Notes under the pieces: generated by a model
Seen by the model: only the letters and a program-made list of their open reading frames with translations
Told to the model about the DNA's origin: nothing
The model's database searches: none
Made by a program: the position numbers and the translations under genes
Assembly (NCBI GenBank): GCA_963674705.1
Contig: OY771506.1
Span: 3,392,001 to 3,456,000 of the forward strand
Direction: 5' to 3'
Source of the DNA: Phycisphaeraceae bacterium
Lineage (GTDB): Bacteria; Planctomycetota; Phycisphaerae; Phycisphaerales; Phycisphaeraceae
Length of the DNA stretch: 64,000 bases
Shown: positions 54,992 through 64,000 of the stretch, piece by piece
Layout of the letters: every line of letters begins with the position of its first letter
Numbering within the stretch: the stretch's first letter is position 1

Positions 54992-56482
54992 ATGACAAAA
55001 CGCTGCATGACTCTCGTAGTGGTTTCGCTCGTATTTATATTAACTTCTGCACTGCCGGCATTCGCCCTCGAACCAGTGGACTCGGATGGCCTGACAAATG
55101 CCCTCGACACGCTCATCGAGAACCACCCGGCTAACAAACGAACCACCATCTATCTCAAGGTCGTCGACCTTGAAACAGGCGAAGTCCTCTACGACCGTGG
55201 TGGCGACAAACTTCTGGTTCCCGCGTCCAACCTCAAAATCTATACCGCATCGACAGCCTTGGACCTGCTCGGGCCGGATTACCAATGGACGACGGAGATC
55301 GTCAGTCACAGAAAGCCCAAGCGGGGAGTTCTGCAAGGTAATCTGTACATCCGAGGTACAGGCGACCCGATGCTTGATACAGATCAGCTCGCTCAGATGG
55401 CTGATGAACTGGTCAAAAAATACAAACTTAAAAAAGTGATCGGAGGTGTCGGGGTAAGCGGAAGTCCACGATGGGATAACGTTCCGCTTAAGGGCCCGGG
55501 CTGGATGTGGGACGACGATCCTGACTATTACAACATGTCGATCAGGCCCGTCATGCTTAACTTCAATACGATCAAATTTACCATAACGCCCGGCGATGAC
55601 GGGGCCGTTGTGACAGCCGAACCACCCTCAGACTGGCCCCCATTACAGATCATCCGTGAGACGCCGGACGGTAAACCCTCGGTCCGTTTCGAGAGAGATG
55701 ACTTTAAGGAGGATATCCGAATTACCGCCGTACCTGCTCCAGACGCAAAGCCCGAAAGCGAGACCATCACGATGCATGATCCTTCCCTCTGGATCGCATC
55801 CGTTTTCAAACGCATGCTCGAAGATCGTGGGGTGACTTTTGAAGGTGAATGGGTAATGGACGGGATGGCAGAACAAGTACTTGTTTCACATCAAGGCAAA
55901 ACACTCACCGAAGCCATGCGCCACTTCCTGCGCGTCAGTGAAAACGCGGTAGGGGAGATGACGCTTCTCAAACTCGCCGAGACCCAAACCGAAGAAGATG
56001 TCTCCTGGCCCGCAGGCGCCAAGGTCATCACCGATTGGTTAGTCAATACCGTCGGCCTCGAGCCCGACTCGTTCTACATCGTCGACGGCTCGGGCCTGTC
56101 CCGCTACAACCGCATTTCCGCCGATTCGTCTGTCAAACTGCTCGCCTTCATGAAAAAGCACAAGCACTTCGAGCCGTTCTTCGACGGCCTCAATGAGTAC
56201 GAAGTGCCTTTCCCGCAAGGCGAAAAATGGGAGGGCGTTCCGCTCGCAGAATTCGACAACGAACGCGTCTTCGCCAAATCAGGCGGCATGCGCAGCGTCG
56301 CCACGCTCTCCGGCTACGCCCAAACACTGGACGGCCGATGGCTCGCTTTCTCCTTCCTCACCAACGGTTACTACGGCAGCAACAAGCCCGTCTTCGACCT
56401 GCGCAGCAAGGTCTGGACGCAGCTTGTCCGGTACCGTCCGGCGCCAGTCACCGCTGTGAAGGATGAGTTCATTGTCCCTTGA
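54992..56482 (+). CDS. dacB: D-alanyl-D-alanine carboxypeptidase/endopeptidase (PBP4, peptidase S13)
   Basis: Signal peptide; PASNLK (SxxK), SEN (SxN), DGSGLSRYN, KSG. Confidence 0.93.
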   Translation: MTKRCMTLVVVSLVFILTSALPAFALEPVDSDGLTNALDTLIENHPANKRTTIYLKVVDLETGEVLYDRGGDKLLVPASNLKIYTASTALDLLGPDYQWTTEIVSHRKPKRGVLQGNLYIRGTGDPMLDTDQLAQMADELVKKYKLKKVIGGVGVSGSPRWDNVPLKGPGWMWDDDPDYYNMSIRPVMLNFNTIKFTITPGDDGAVVTAEPPSDWPPLQIIRETPDGKPSVRFERDDFKEDIRITAVPAPDAKPESETITMHDPSLWIASVFKRMLEDRGVTFEGEWVMDGMAEQVLVSHQGKTLTEAMRHFLRVSENAVGEMTLLKLAETQTEEDVSWPAGAKVITDWLVNTVGLEPDSFYIVDGSGLSRYNRISADSSVKLLAFMKKHKHFEPFFDGLNEYEVPFPQGEKWEGVPLAEFDNERVFAKSGGMRSVATLSGYAQTLDGRWLAFSFLTNGYYGSNKPVFDLRSKVWTQLVRYRPAPVTAVKDEFIVP

Positions 56483-56531
56483 AATGTAGGCTTTTCCCAG
56501 CCATACTATCTGTCGGCACTGTTGGAACAGT
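56479..56531 (+). promoter_or_regulatory. Candidate recN promoter with downstream dyad
   Basis: TTGAAA-N17-CATACT (56479-56507) and ACTGTT-GG-AACAGT (56518-56531). Confidence 0.45.
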
Positions 56532-56561
56532 AGGGCAATCACACCCCTTGGGAACGCACGG

Positions 56562-58322
56562 ATGCTCCGCGAACTACACATCCAGAACCTCGCTGTCATC
56601 GAAGATGCACAGGTCGACTTCGCGCCCGGTCTCAACGTCTTCACCGGCCAGACCGGGGCGGGCAAGAGCCTCGTCATCGGTGCCTTCGAGATCCTGCTGG
56701 GCCTGCGGACGGCCGCAGACATGCTGCGCCCCGGCGCTGAACAGGCACTAGTGACCGGACTGTTTGAGGTGGCCGATCCACAGATCGCATCGCAACTTGC
56801 CGCCGTATTGGATCAATCCGACGAAGATTGCGAGCAACTGCTGATCAAGCGAAAGCTCTTTGCCTCCGGCCGATCCAGCGTCTCCATCAACGGCCTGCCC
56901 GTGACAAACCCCATGGTCAAACAGGTCGGCCAACTTCTTGTCGACATCCACGGCCAGCACGACCATCAGCACCTGCTCAAACCCTCCAATCAGCTGCACA
57001 TCCTCGACGCCTTCGCAAAGTGCACAGAAGAACGCCGGCGTTTCGCTGAAGGGATCACGGAACTTCGGCAATTGATCCAGACACGCGAAGAGCTTTCTGC
57101 CGGTGCGGACCTGCGTCGCCAGCAGTTGGAGCTATACGAATTCCAGGCAGATGAAATCGATGCCGCCGTACCCGGGGAAGGGGAGTTCCCCGAGTTACAG
57201 GCACGACATCGCGTGTTGGCCAGCTTACAGAAGATCAAGCAGGATGCAGGCAACGCTCACGCCGCGCTGTACGAGGCAGAGGGATCGGTCGCTGAACGTT
57301 TGCAGGTCATCACCCACCTTCTGATCGACCTGGCGGAACTCGATCCGCAACTTGGTGATATTACCGAACAGGTCCGCACTTCAACACTCGCTCTGCAGGA
57401 GGCCGCCTTCGAGTTGGGACGCTACGTCGACCGGCTCGATCACGATCCATCTGAAGCCGCGGAAGTCGATGAACGTTTAAACATACTCAACCGCCTTGTC
57501 AGTAAATACGGTGACGGCAGCAAGAGCGATGACCCGGTCCTTCCGGTGCTGGCATACCGCGAGCAGATCGGCGAGAAGATAGAAATACTGCGTTCGCAGG
57601 ACAGCGATCAGTCCGGCATTGATCAGCATATCGAAGCCTGCCACGCTGAATTAGTCACGATCGCCCAGAAGCTTTCAGTAGCGCGTAAAGCCGCAGCCGC
57701 CAAGGTTGTACCACTGGTGCAGAGCCAATTCAAAGAGCTGGGCATGGCTGAAGCCGCGTTCGATATCGCTTTCGAAAAGCTCTCGCTCGATGACAATCCC
57801 AGTTCGTCGGGCTTGGACGCGGTTGAGATGCTCGTGCAGACAAACCCGGGTCAACCGGTACAGCCATTACGCAAGATCGCCTCTGGCGGCGAGATGTCCC
57901 GCATCATGCTCGCGATCAAATCCGTACTCGCCAGCAGCGACCGGATCAGCGTGCTGGTTTTCGACGAGATCGATGCCAACATTGGCGGACGTCTCGGTAC
58001 CGTCATCGGTAAGAAGCTCCAGAAACTCGCCGGACACAACGGTCGAGTGCGATCAGGCAATACCAATACGGCTCAAGCAACTGCAGGCCAACAGGTGTTG
58101 TGCATCACACACCTGCCGCAGATCGCCGCCTTCGCTGACAATCACCTGCGCATCAGTAAAACCGTCACAGGCAAAGGAAAGTCACGCCAAACGCATACCA
58201 CGGTATCCCCCGTCACCGGCAAGACGCGCGTCGAAGAACTCGCAGAAATGATGGCGGGTAAAGATGTCACCGACACCACACGTAAGCAGGCCCGTGAATT
58301 GATATCTGCGGCAGATAAATAA
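56562..58322 (+). CDS. recN: DNA repair protein RecN
   Basis: TGQTGAGKS, DIHGQH, ASGGEMSR, FDEID, ITHLPQIA, long coiled coil. Confidence 0.96.
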   Translation: MLRELHIQNLAVIEDAQVDFAPGLNVFTGQTGAGKSLVIGAFEILLGLRTAADMLRPGAEQALVTGLFEVADPQIASQLAAVLDQSDEDCEQLLIKRKLFASGRSSVSINGLPVTNPMVKQVGQLLVDIHGQHDHQHLLKPSNQLHILDAFAKCTEERRRFAEGITELRQLIQTREELSAGADLRRQQLELYEFQADEIDAAVPGEGEFPELQARHRVLASLQKIKQDAGNAHAALYEAEGSVAERLQVITHLLIDLAELDPQLGDITEQVRTSTLALQEAAFELGRYVDRLDHDPSEAAEVDERLNILNRLVSKYGDGSKSDDPVLPVLAYREQIGEKIEILRSQDSDQSGIDQHIEACHAELVTIAQKLSVARKAAAAKVVPLVQSQFKELGMAEAAFDIAFEKLSLDDNPSSSGLDAVEMLVQTNPGQPVQPLRKIASGGEMSRIMLAIKSVLASSDRISVLVFDEIDANIGGRLGTVIGKKLQKLAGHNGRVRSGNTNTAQATAGQQVLCITHLPQIAAFADNHLRISKTVTGKGKSRQTHTTVSPVTGKTRVEELAEMMAGKDVTDTTRKQARELISAADK

Positions 58323-58341
58323 GTTTATTAGCGTTCTCGGA

Positions 58342-60909
58342 TCAGGCTGCGAGTGAAATGCCCGAGTTGTTCTGACGGATATACTTCTCCGCAACTTCTG
58401 CACTCAATGGCTTGGCAAACAGATAACCCTGTCCCCATGTACAATTGATCGATTGCAGCGCGCCTACCACATATTGTGACTCAATACCTTCGGCTACTGT
58501 TTGGATGTTCAGATTATCCGCCAGACTGGTGATTGATGTCACTACCGCCAGCAATGATCGGTCACGGTCCAGCACACGGATGAAAGCCTGGTCGATCTTC
58601 AGAATATCGATCGGATATTCGTGCAATGCACTCAGCGATGACACGCCGGTCCCGAAGTCGTCCATTGCGATCTTGAAGCCGTTCTCACGTAACTTATGAA
58701 GCAGGGGGATCACCTCATCGCGGTTATTCGCGATCGTGCTCTCGGTGATCTCCAGGTGTAACTCGTCATCACCAAGTTGATGCCGCTCTTTGCATGCTAA
58801 AATTTCTGGAATAAAAGATTGGCTGAGCAGCTGCTGTTTTGTGATGTTGATGTTCATCGATACCGGTAGAATCAGGCTCAGTTCCTTATTCCACTTGGCA
58901 ATTTGTGCCGCAGCTGTATCCATCACCCAGCGCCCGATCTCCACGATCATGCCTGTGTCTTCCGCGACGGGGATAAAGTCGGCAGGGTTTACCAGTCCTT
59001 GTCCCGGACGATCCCAACGCAATAGTGCCTCGAATCCCTTGAGACGACCGCTCTCAAGGTCAACAATCGGCTGGTATACAAGGAAGAACTGGTTGCCCGC
59101 CGTTAACGCCAGTTGCAGGTCCGCCTCCAGACGCATGCGGTCCATCGCTGAAACATGCATGTTCCGGTCAAAGATCGTAACCTGGGCTTTGCCGGCACCC
59201 TTCGCCTGGTACATCGCCACATCCGCGTCGCGGATCATCGCATCGGCGTCATCATACGGATGCTCGCTAGTCACCAGACCGATACTCGCCGTAGACACGA
59301 TCAAGAAGTCATCCAATCGGTGCGGCGCCGAAAGGATGTCCAGCAACGCCCTGGCGGTTAGCTCCGCCTCGAACCAGCTGGCCAGGTTCTTTAACAGCAC
59401 GACAAACTCATCCCCGCCAAAACGCGCTACGACGTCTTCCACGCTAAGGCACTGACGCAGGCGCTTGGCGATATCGCACAGCAAGGCATCACCCACGCGG
59501 TGACCAAGGCTGTCATTCACCACCTTGAACCGGTCAAAGTCCAGAAACAGCACCGCGTATCGGCTGCCATCTTTGTTGGATATCTGCATCTGCTCACACA
59601 AGATGTCCATGAACATCGCGCGGTTCGGCAGCCCGGTCAGTTCGTCGGTGGTCGCCGCTACTTCTAGACGGCTCATCACTGCTTCAAGTTCTTTGCGGAC
59701 CGCCTGCTCACGGCTTAAGGCTGCAGCGAGATTATTGTTCTTACAACGTAATTCGTTTTCTCGCAGAACGATCGTCTGATCGACTTTGCGAAGCGAGGTG
59801 TATAGGAACAAGATCAGCAGGACAAAACAGGCCAGCCCGATCCCCGTGCCGATGATCGTGACCTTCTTCAGCCTTGCCATCACCTCGGTGACATCATTGA
59901 ATACAAATAATTCCCCTACAATACTGCCCGATGCATCAGAGATCGGTTTCGACATGACGTTCCACCATTGGCCGTCCACATGTTCCAGGCTTGAAGGATG
60001 TGTGTGTGGCTCAGTGTGGTCATGCGAGAATGACTGGTTTCCTGATTTCAATGGGTATTGCGGATCATCCAGGATGGTCTGTTTCAGCAATCTACCCCAA
60101 TCAGGTTTACTTTCCATGGAATTGAAGATCAGGACTTCGTCCCGGGATTGCTCCCAGTTCGCATCGTGATGCAGCATCTGCATGCCGCGTTCCCAGTTCT
60201 CGCGGTCCAGGTTCTGCTTGTGAATCGATACGGCCATCTCAAGGTTTCGGCCGTTGCACGTCGCCATAAGAACATCTTCGATTTCCTGACCCAGTTCCAG
60301 GTAACCGATGATCTGGTTTTCCGAGTCGCGCACCGGTCTGACCACACGCAATGTGAAAGTCCCGAGAGGCCCCAGCTCGATGCCGGAAGCGATTTCGCCG
60401 GTAACCATCGCCTGGCGCATCGTTTCTCGATTGATGGTGTCACCAAATCGCTGCGGTTGGTGTACGCGCAGGATATTCACACCCTCGGTGTTGTGATAGT
60501 AGAAGTGCGTGATGCTGTGAAGTCGGTTGACATGAGTGAACAGAGGCCCGCCGATCTCTAACAACTTCCGTCGGTCCTGCATCTTGAGCGCGTGCTGCAT
60601 CGCAGGATCGGTTACATAAACTTCCTGCAAGGCCGTGATCAGTCTCGTCCGATCCGCCAGCCCACGCTCCAGATCATAAACCGCCATCTCCAGATTGCGC
60701 TCGCCTGCTTGCCGCAGATTGGCTTGAAAGACCGAATAAAAGGCTGCGGTAAAACAACCCATGATAAGCACGAGAACAACGATCAACGGAATTAACAGCC
60801 GCCGCCGTGTTGGCTTGGTGGCGTGTTCCGACGTGACTGTTTCAGATTCATCAAAGACGGCTACTTCGGTATCCGTTCGTGTAATCTGCTCTGTTCGTTG
60901 TTCCGCCAT
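58342..60909 (-). CDS. Membrane-bound Cache-type sensor plus GGDEF and EAL domains
   Basis: Two TMs around a periplasmic domain; DELTGLPNR, RFGGDEF, FEALLRW, DDFGTG, AEGIE, QGYLF. Confidence 0.93.
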   Translation of the reverse strand: MAEQRTEQITRTDTEVAVFDESETVTSEHATKPTRRRLLIPLIVVLVLIMGCFTAAFYSVFQANLRQAGERNLEMAVYDLERGLADRTRLITALQEVYVTDPAMQHALKMQDRRKLLEIGGPLFTHVNRLHSITHFYYHNTEGVNILRVHQPQRFGDTINRETMRQAMVTGEIASGIELGPLGTFTLRVVRPVRDSENQIIGYLELGQEIEDVLMATCNGRNLEMAVSIHKQNLDRENWERGMQMLHHDANWEQSRDEVLIFNSMESKPDWGRLLKQTILDDPQYPLKSGNQSFSHDHTEPHTHPSSLEHVDGQWWNVMSKPISDASGSIVGELFVFNDVTEVMARLKKVTIIGTGIGLACFVLLILFLYTSLRKVDQTIVLRENELRCKNNNLAAALSREQAVRKELEAVMSRLEVAATTDELTGLPNRAMFMDILCEQMQISNKDGSRYAVLFLDFDRFKVVNDSLGHRVGDALLCDIAKRLRQCLSVEDVVARFGGDEFVVLLKNLASWFEAELTARALLDILSAPHRLDDFLIVSTASIGLVTSEHPYDDADAMIRDADVAMYQAKGAGKAQVTIFDRNMHVSAMDRMRLEADLQLALTAGNQFFLVYQPIVDLESGRLKGFEALLRWDRPGQGLVNPADFIPVAEDTGMIVEIGRWVMDTAAAQIAKWNKELSLILPVSMNINITKQQLLSQSFIPEILACKERHQLGDDELHLEITESTIANNRDEVIPLLHKLRENGFKIAMDDFGTGVSSLSALHEYPIDILKIDQAFIRVLDRDRSLLAVVTSITSLADNLNIQTVAEGIESQYVVGALQSINCTWGQGYLFAKPLSAEVAEKYIRQNNSGISLAA

Positions 60910-61332
60910 CTTGGACCTTCAACTACCCCTGTTACACTTCCGCTATTAGGCTTCAATCGCACTTGCGAGACGAACCGCACAAGTTCTACGCACTTATGAC
61001 ACCAGATGTGCCTGATATCAGGCACCCGCCGATGACGAATAAACCAAACCGCCATACCTGTAAGTACTTTTACTAATCGGCAATAATGTGGCAAAGATTG
61101 ATGTCAATGAGCAACGAATGCGCCCGGATTGACACAACAGCCAAAGATATCAGACGTGATTATTATTGGTCTCGGATCGGTGTATAAAACCCTATGTATG
61201 TGTGGATATTTTGATCAATGGCGTAGATTAACCTGTTACAGAAAACCACGAATATAAGCCGAAGTGTTATTAAGCATCTGCCCCCGGGATAGGCACTTCA
61301 CAGGAGCATAATGCCATTGCATCTGCACGCGC

Positions 61333-61362
61333 AAAATAAAACCCCGACAGAAAGCCGGGGTT
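61333..61362 (-). terminator. Intrinsic terminator
   Basis: AACCCCG/CGGGGTT stem followed by T tract on the minus strand. Confidence 0.7.
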
Positions 61363-61388
61363 CGTTGTGGGATTGAAGTCTTTGTTAA

Positions 61389-62123
61389 TCAGCGACGACG
61401 AAGCATCGCGATGCAGCCCATGCTCAACAGTGCCAGGCTTGCCGGTTCGGGAATCAGCACGGTGAAGTTGCTCGTACCCGAAGCCGAGTCGAGGCTCGAC
61501 AGGGTGAACGAGTAGTTGGACTGGATGCTGCTGACCGCGGCGGGGATCACGACGAACGGCGGGTTGCCGTTGTCAGCCGATGTCGAGCCGCCGCCGATAT
61601 TGATGTTGCCGATCTCTTCGGTGAAGACGACGCTGCCGTTATACATCGCACGGTACATGCCGTTGACGTTTGGTGCCTTGACGGTCAACGCGGCACCGTT
61701 CAGGTTATTATCCGTCAACGTCATCGCGGTCGTTGCTTTGCCCAACGGGTTGTTCAGCGTCGGGAAAGAGACCACCGCCGAACTGATCGTGAAGTTCGTG
61801 TCCGAAGCGCCGGCGGTCACCGCGAAGTTCAAAATCACCTGCGGATCACCGTCAAGCGTGATCTCCAGATCATCGATCGTAGCGATCACATCATTGTTCG
61901 GTCCGCCACGCAGTTCCATGGCATTGCCTAAAGCCCACTGCGCTTTCAACGCAGCGGCGGTCGGCAACGGCGCACTGTAGCTGGCCGTACCAGTGGCGTT
62001 GGTAGCCTCAATCGTGATGTAGGAACCAATGAAGTCAGCGCTGGCGGTGCTGATAAACGATGCAACGGCAAATGCAATCGCCGCACTAGTTGCGAATAAT
62101 TTGCTCATTCGGATTGGCGTCAT
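61389..62123 (-). CDS. PEP-CTERM protein (no dockerin)
   Basis: Signal peptide ending ASA-D; beta-rich S/T/A body; IPEPASLALL-TM-RRR. Confidence 0.9.
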   Translation of the reverse strand: MTPIRMSKLFATSAAIAFAVASFISTASADFIGSYITIEATNATGTASYSAPLPTAAALKAQWALGNAMELRGGPNNDVIATIDDLEITLDGDPQVILNFAVTAGASDTNFTISSAVVSFPTLNNPLGKATTAMTLTDNNLNGAALTVKAPNVNGMYRAMYNGSVVFTEEIGNINIGGGSTSADNGNPPFVVIPAAVSSIQSNYSFTLSSLDSASGTSNFTVLIPEPASLALLSMGCIAMLRRR

Positions 62124-62409
62124 GGCCTTTCTCCCAAAGGTTGATAACTGCACATAAGAGATCGAGTGCTGCGTTTACTCAACAGCCATGTCTTAACTTG
62201 TGTAAATATCTTACCCCATCCAAACTACCTACTCAATAGGTTTTACCTTATTTAACTATAATTTATGAGGGATTCCTGGGTGAGAACGGGTCTCAGAGAG
62301 GTTGCGTTTATATTATCCTAAGTCCTGATGGAGCAATATATAAGCAACGTTTTACATCCAGATCGGCCCCTGATTGCACTCCGGGCTTCTTTGAAAGATC
62401 ATGTTTTTT

Positions 62410-63228
62410 ATGAAACTTCTAACCATCCTCCTGCTCATGGGCCTGGGTCTGACCGGCTGCCAAAGCCAGTCCGCCGCCCGATCCCAAACCGACCAATCAA
62501 TGCCCCCAGCCACCCTCCGCGTCCTGACTTACAACATCCACCACGGCGTCGGGGACGACGGCAAACTTGACCTGCAGCGCATCGCCGACGTCATCAATGC
62601 CGTCAAGCCCGACCTCGTCGCGCTTCAGGAAGTCGACAAAAGGGTCGAACGCTCAAATCACATCGACGAACCCGCCGTCCTCGCCAAACTCACCGGCATG
62701 CACCCCGTCTTCGAGAAGAACATCGACTTCCAGGGCGGTGAATACGGCAACGCCATCCTCTCGCGTTCGCCCGTGATCCGACACGTCAACAACAAACTGC
62801 CGCAATCCTACGCCGACGAACAACGTGGCCTGCTCGAAGCCCACATCGAACACCACGGCCGACCCGTCATCTTCTACGCCACCCACTTCGATTATCGCGG
62901 CGACGATACCGAACGCCTCGCTTCGTCAGTTATGCTCAAGGACTTGATCGAACAACAATCAACCCAAACCATCATCGTCGCCGGCGACCTGAACACACGT
63001 CCCGATACCGCGGTCATGAAGAAACTCCGAAAGTTCCTTGTTGACACCCACAACGAAGAAAACGGCCCCGGTTACACCTTCCCCGCCGACAACCCCGATC
63101 GCCGCATCGACTACATCATGCACACCCCCCGCGCCGGCCTGAAAGTCATCGAGTCCCGCGTCATCGACGAACCCGTCGCATCAGACCATCGACCGCTATT
63201 GGTAGTGTACGAGATGACTAACGATTAG
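62410..63228 (+). CDS. Endonuclease/exonuclease/phosphatase family lipoprotein
   Basis: Lipobox LTGC; TYNIH, LQEVD, YGNAILS, GDLN, RIDYI, SDH. Confidence 0.92.
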   Translation: MKLLTILLLMGLGLTGCQSQSAARSQTDQSMPPATLRVLTYNIHHGVGDDGKLDLQRIADVINAVKPDLVALQEVDKRVERSNHIDEPAVLAKLTGMHPVFEKNIDFQGGEYGNAILSRSPVIRHVNNKLPQSYADEQRGLLEAHIEHHGRPVIFYATHFDYRGDDTERLASSVMLKDLIEQQSTQTIIVAGDLNTRPDTAVMKKLRKFLVDTHNEENGPGYTFPADNPDRRIDYIMHTPRAGLKVIESRVIDEPVASDHRPLLVVYEMTND

Positions 63229-64000
63229 TACGGGCGTGCATCATTACCGTTGCTAAGCCAAATACTATTAGAAGTGGGGTGGCCGGTTCCGGTGTATTGA
63301 ATATCGGTGGTGTTCCTGCATTCCAATTACTGAGCACAATATCTAGGTCATCCAAACCAACATATCCATCACCAGACGGGTCAGCGGAAGAATCTACCAT
63401 TGTTACATTCTGGTTCCAGGCCTGTAAGATTGTGTCGAGGTCATACAATCCAACAAAACCGTCTCGATCCAGATCACCGGAGGGGATCCACATCATCTCG
63501 GTGATCAGGCCTACTCTACCACCATTGAGAGTTAAGCCAGCATTATCGAATGCATCAAGTAAAGGCAAACCGTGTGGTATATCGATAGACGTGATCGCAT
63601 CACCTGAATCTCGTAGTGAGACACCCATGGATGATCCGATATTGACTGAGATATCGGAAGACTGTAAGTGGCTCGAGTAGATAATGAAGAAGTCGCCATA
63701 CATGTAATGATCGTTGGTGATCTGAATACGGGAGTAAGCCTCTGAGCTCAGGATTTTGACGCCGGAATTATCATTGATGTAGCTTAATTGAGGCGCAAGA
63801 CCTGTTACATCCCGATCCCAATAGTATGCGGTATCACCTGGCTCGCCCCAACTACCAATGTACCAAAGCGGCATTTCTGTGTAGAAGGAAAATGTGCCGT
63901 GATAAGTATCACCAGATGAGCCGATTAATGAATTAGACTCCAGATAACCTGCGTAATCATACACATAGACCTCTGCATCAGCGGGTATCGCGATAAGAGC
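63218..64000 (-). CDS. Secreted protein with dockerin-like module and PEP-CTERM (5' truncated by window edge)
   Basis: Frame open to the window end (ALIAIPADA-EVY); GDLDRDGFVGLYDLD and DPSGDGYVGLDDLD; TPEPAT-TM. Confidence 0.85.
   Translation of the reverse strand, partial: ALIAIPADAEVYVYDYAGYLESNSLIGSSGDTYHGTFSFYTEMPLWYIGSWGEPGDTAYYWDRDVTGLAPQLSYINDNSGVKILSSEAYSRIQITNDHYMYGDFFIIYSSHLQSSDISVNIGSSMGVSLRDSGDAITSIDIPHGLPLLDAFDNAGLTLNGGRVGLITEMMWIPSGDLDRDGFVGLYDLDTILQAWNQNVTMVDSSADPSGDGYVGLDDLDIVLSNWNAGTPPIFNTPEPATPLLIVFGLATVMMHARTNR

Noticed and set aside
2398..58322. Repair genes (dinB, recG, recX, ogt, recN, comM) as a repair island
   Set aside because: Scattered over 56 kb among unrelated genes with no shared operator found
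60910..61330. c-di-GMP riboswitch upstream of the GGDEF-EAL gene
   Set aside because: No class I or class II consensus recognisable on either strand
6436..63478. Dockerin cassettes as DGR template/variable repeats or recent duplications
   Set aside because: Similarity is at protein level with many synonymous differences, no adenine-specific pattern, and no reverse transcriptase present
779..63680. Numerous 60-220 aa antisense or alternate-frame ORFs in the track
   Set aside because: They overlap well-supported genes, lack motifs and are expected shadows of GC-rich coding sequence

Overview
Gene-dense bacterial chromosomal segment, most consistent with a planctomycete of the Phycisphaerae type. 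This is inferred from six PEP-CTERM genes (four with a GDLNxDGFVGLDDLDIVLxNWN dockerin-like module), an LEPRxLL protein and lineage-typical short intergenic repeats. Housekeeping and repair genes (dinB, msrAB, topA, miaA, recG, tadA, psd, recX, thiC, ogt, ppiC, comM/yifB-type ATPase, hslU, dacB, recN) are mixed with transporters, c-di-GMP enzymes, a pilMNO-X-ATPase type IV pilus/T2SS operon, tRNA-Ile2(CAT) and a TPP riboswitch. No integrase, transposase, prophage, CRISPR array or reverse transcriptase was seen. Most notable observations: (1) an acyl-carrier-protein homologue that looks circularly permuted exactly at the phosphopantetheine site, with the Ser lost, next to a LuxR gene and a compact candidate LuxR-controlled transcript; (2) a family of dockerin+PEP-CTERM surface proteins with unrelated cargo domains, including a two-lobed aspartic protease and a possible cohesin-like domain; (3) at least 13 genes with TANNNT 6-8 nt before the start codon and no SD, suggesting leaderless mRNAs; (4) a TPP aptamer with an extra hairpin in P5/L5; (5) a 32-bp inverted-repeat element that supplies the C-terminus and stop codon of tadA. 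All calls come from reading motifs by eye; no searches were run.
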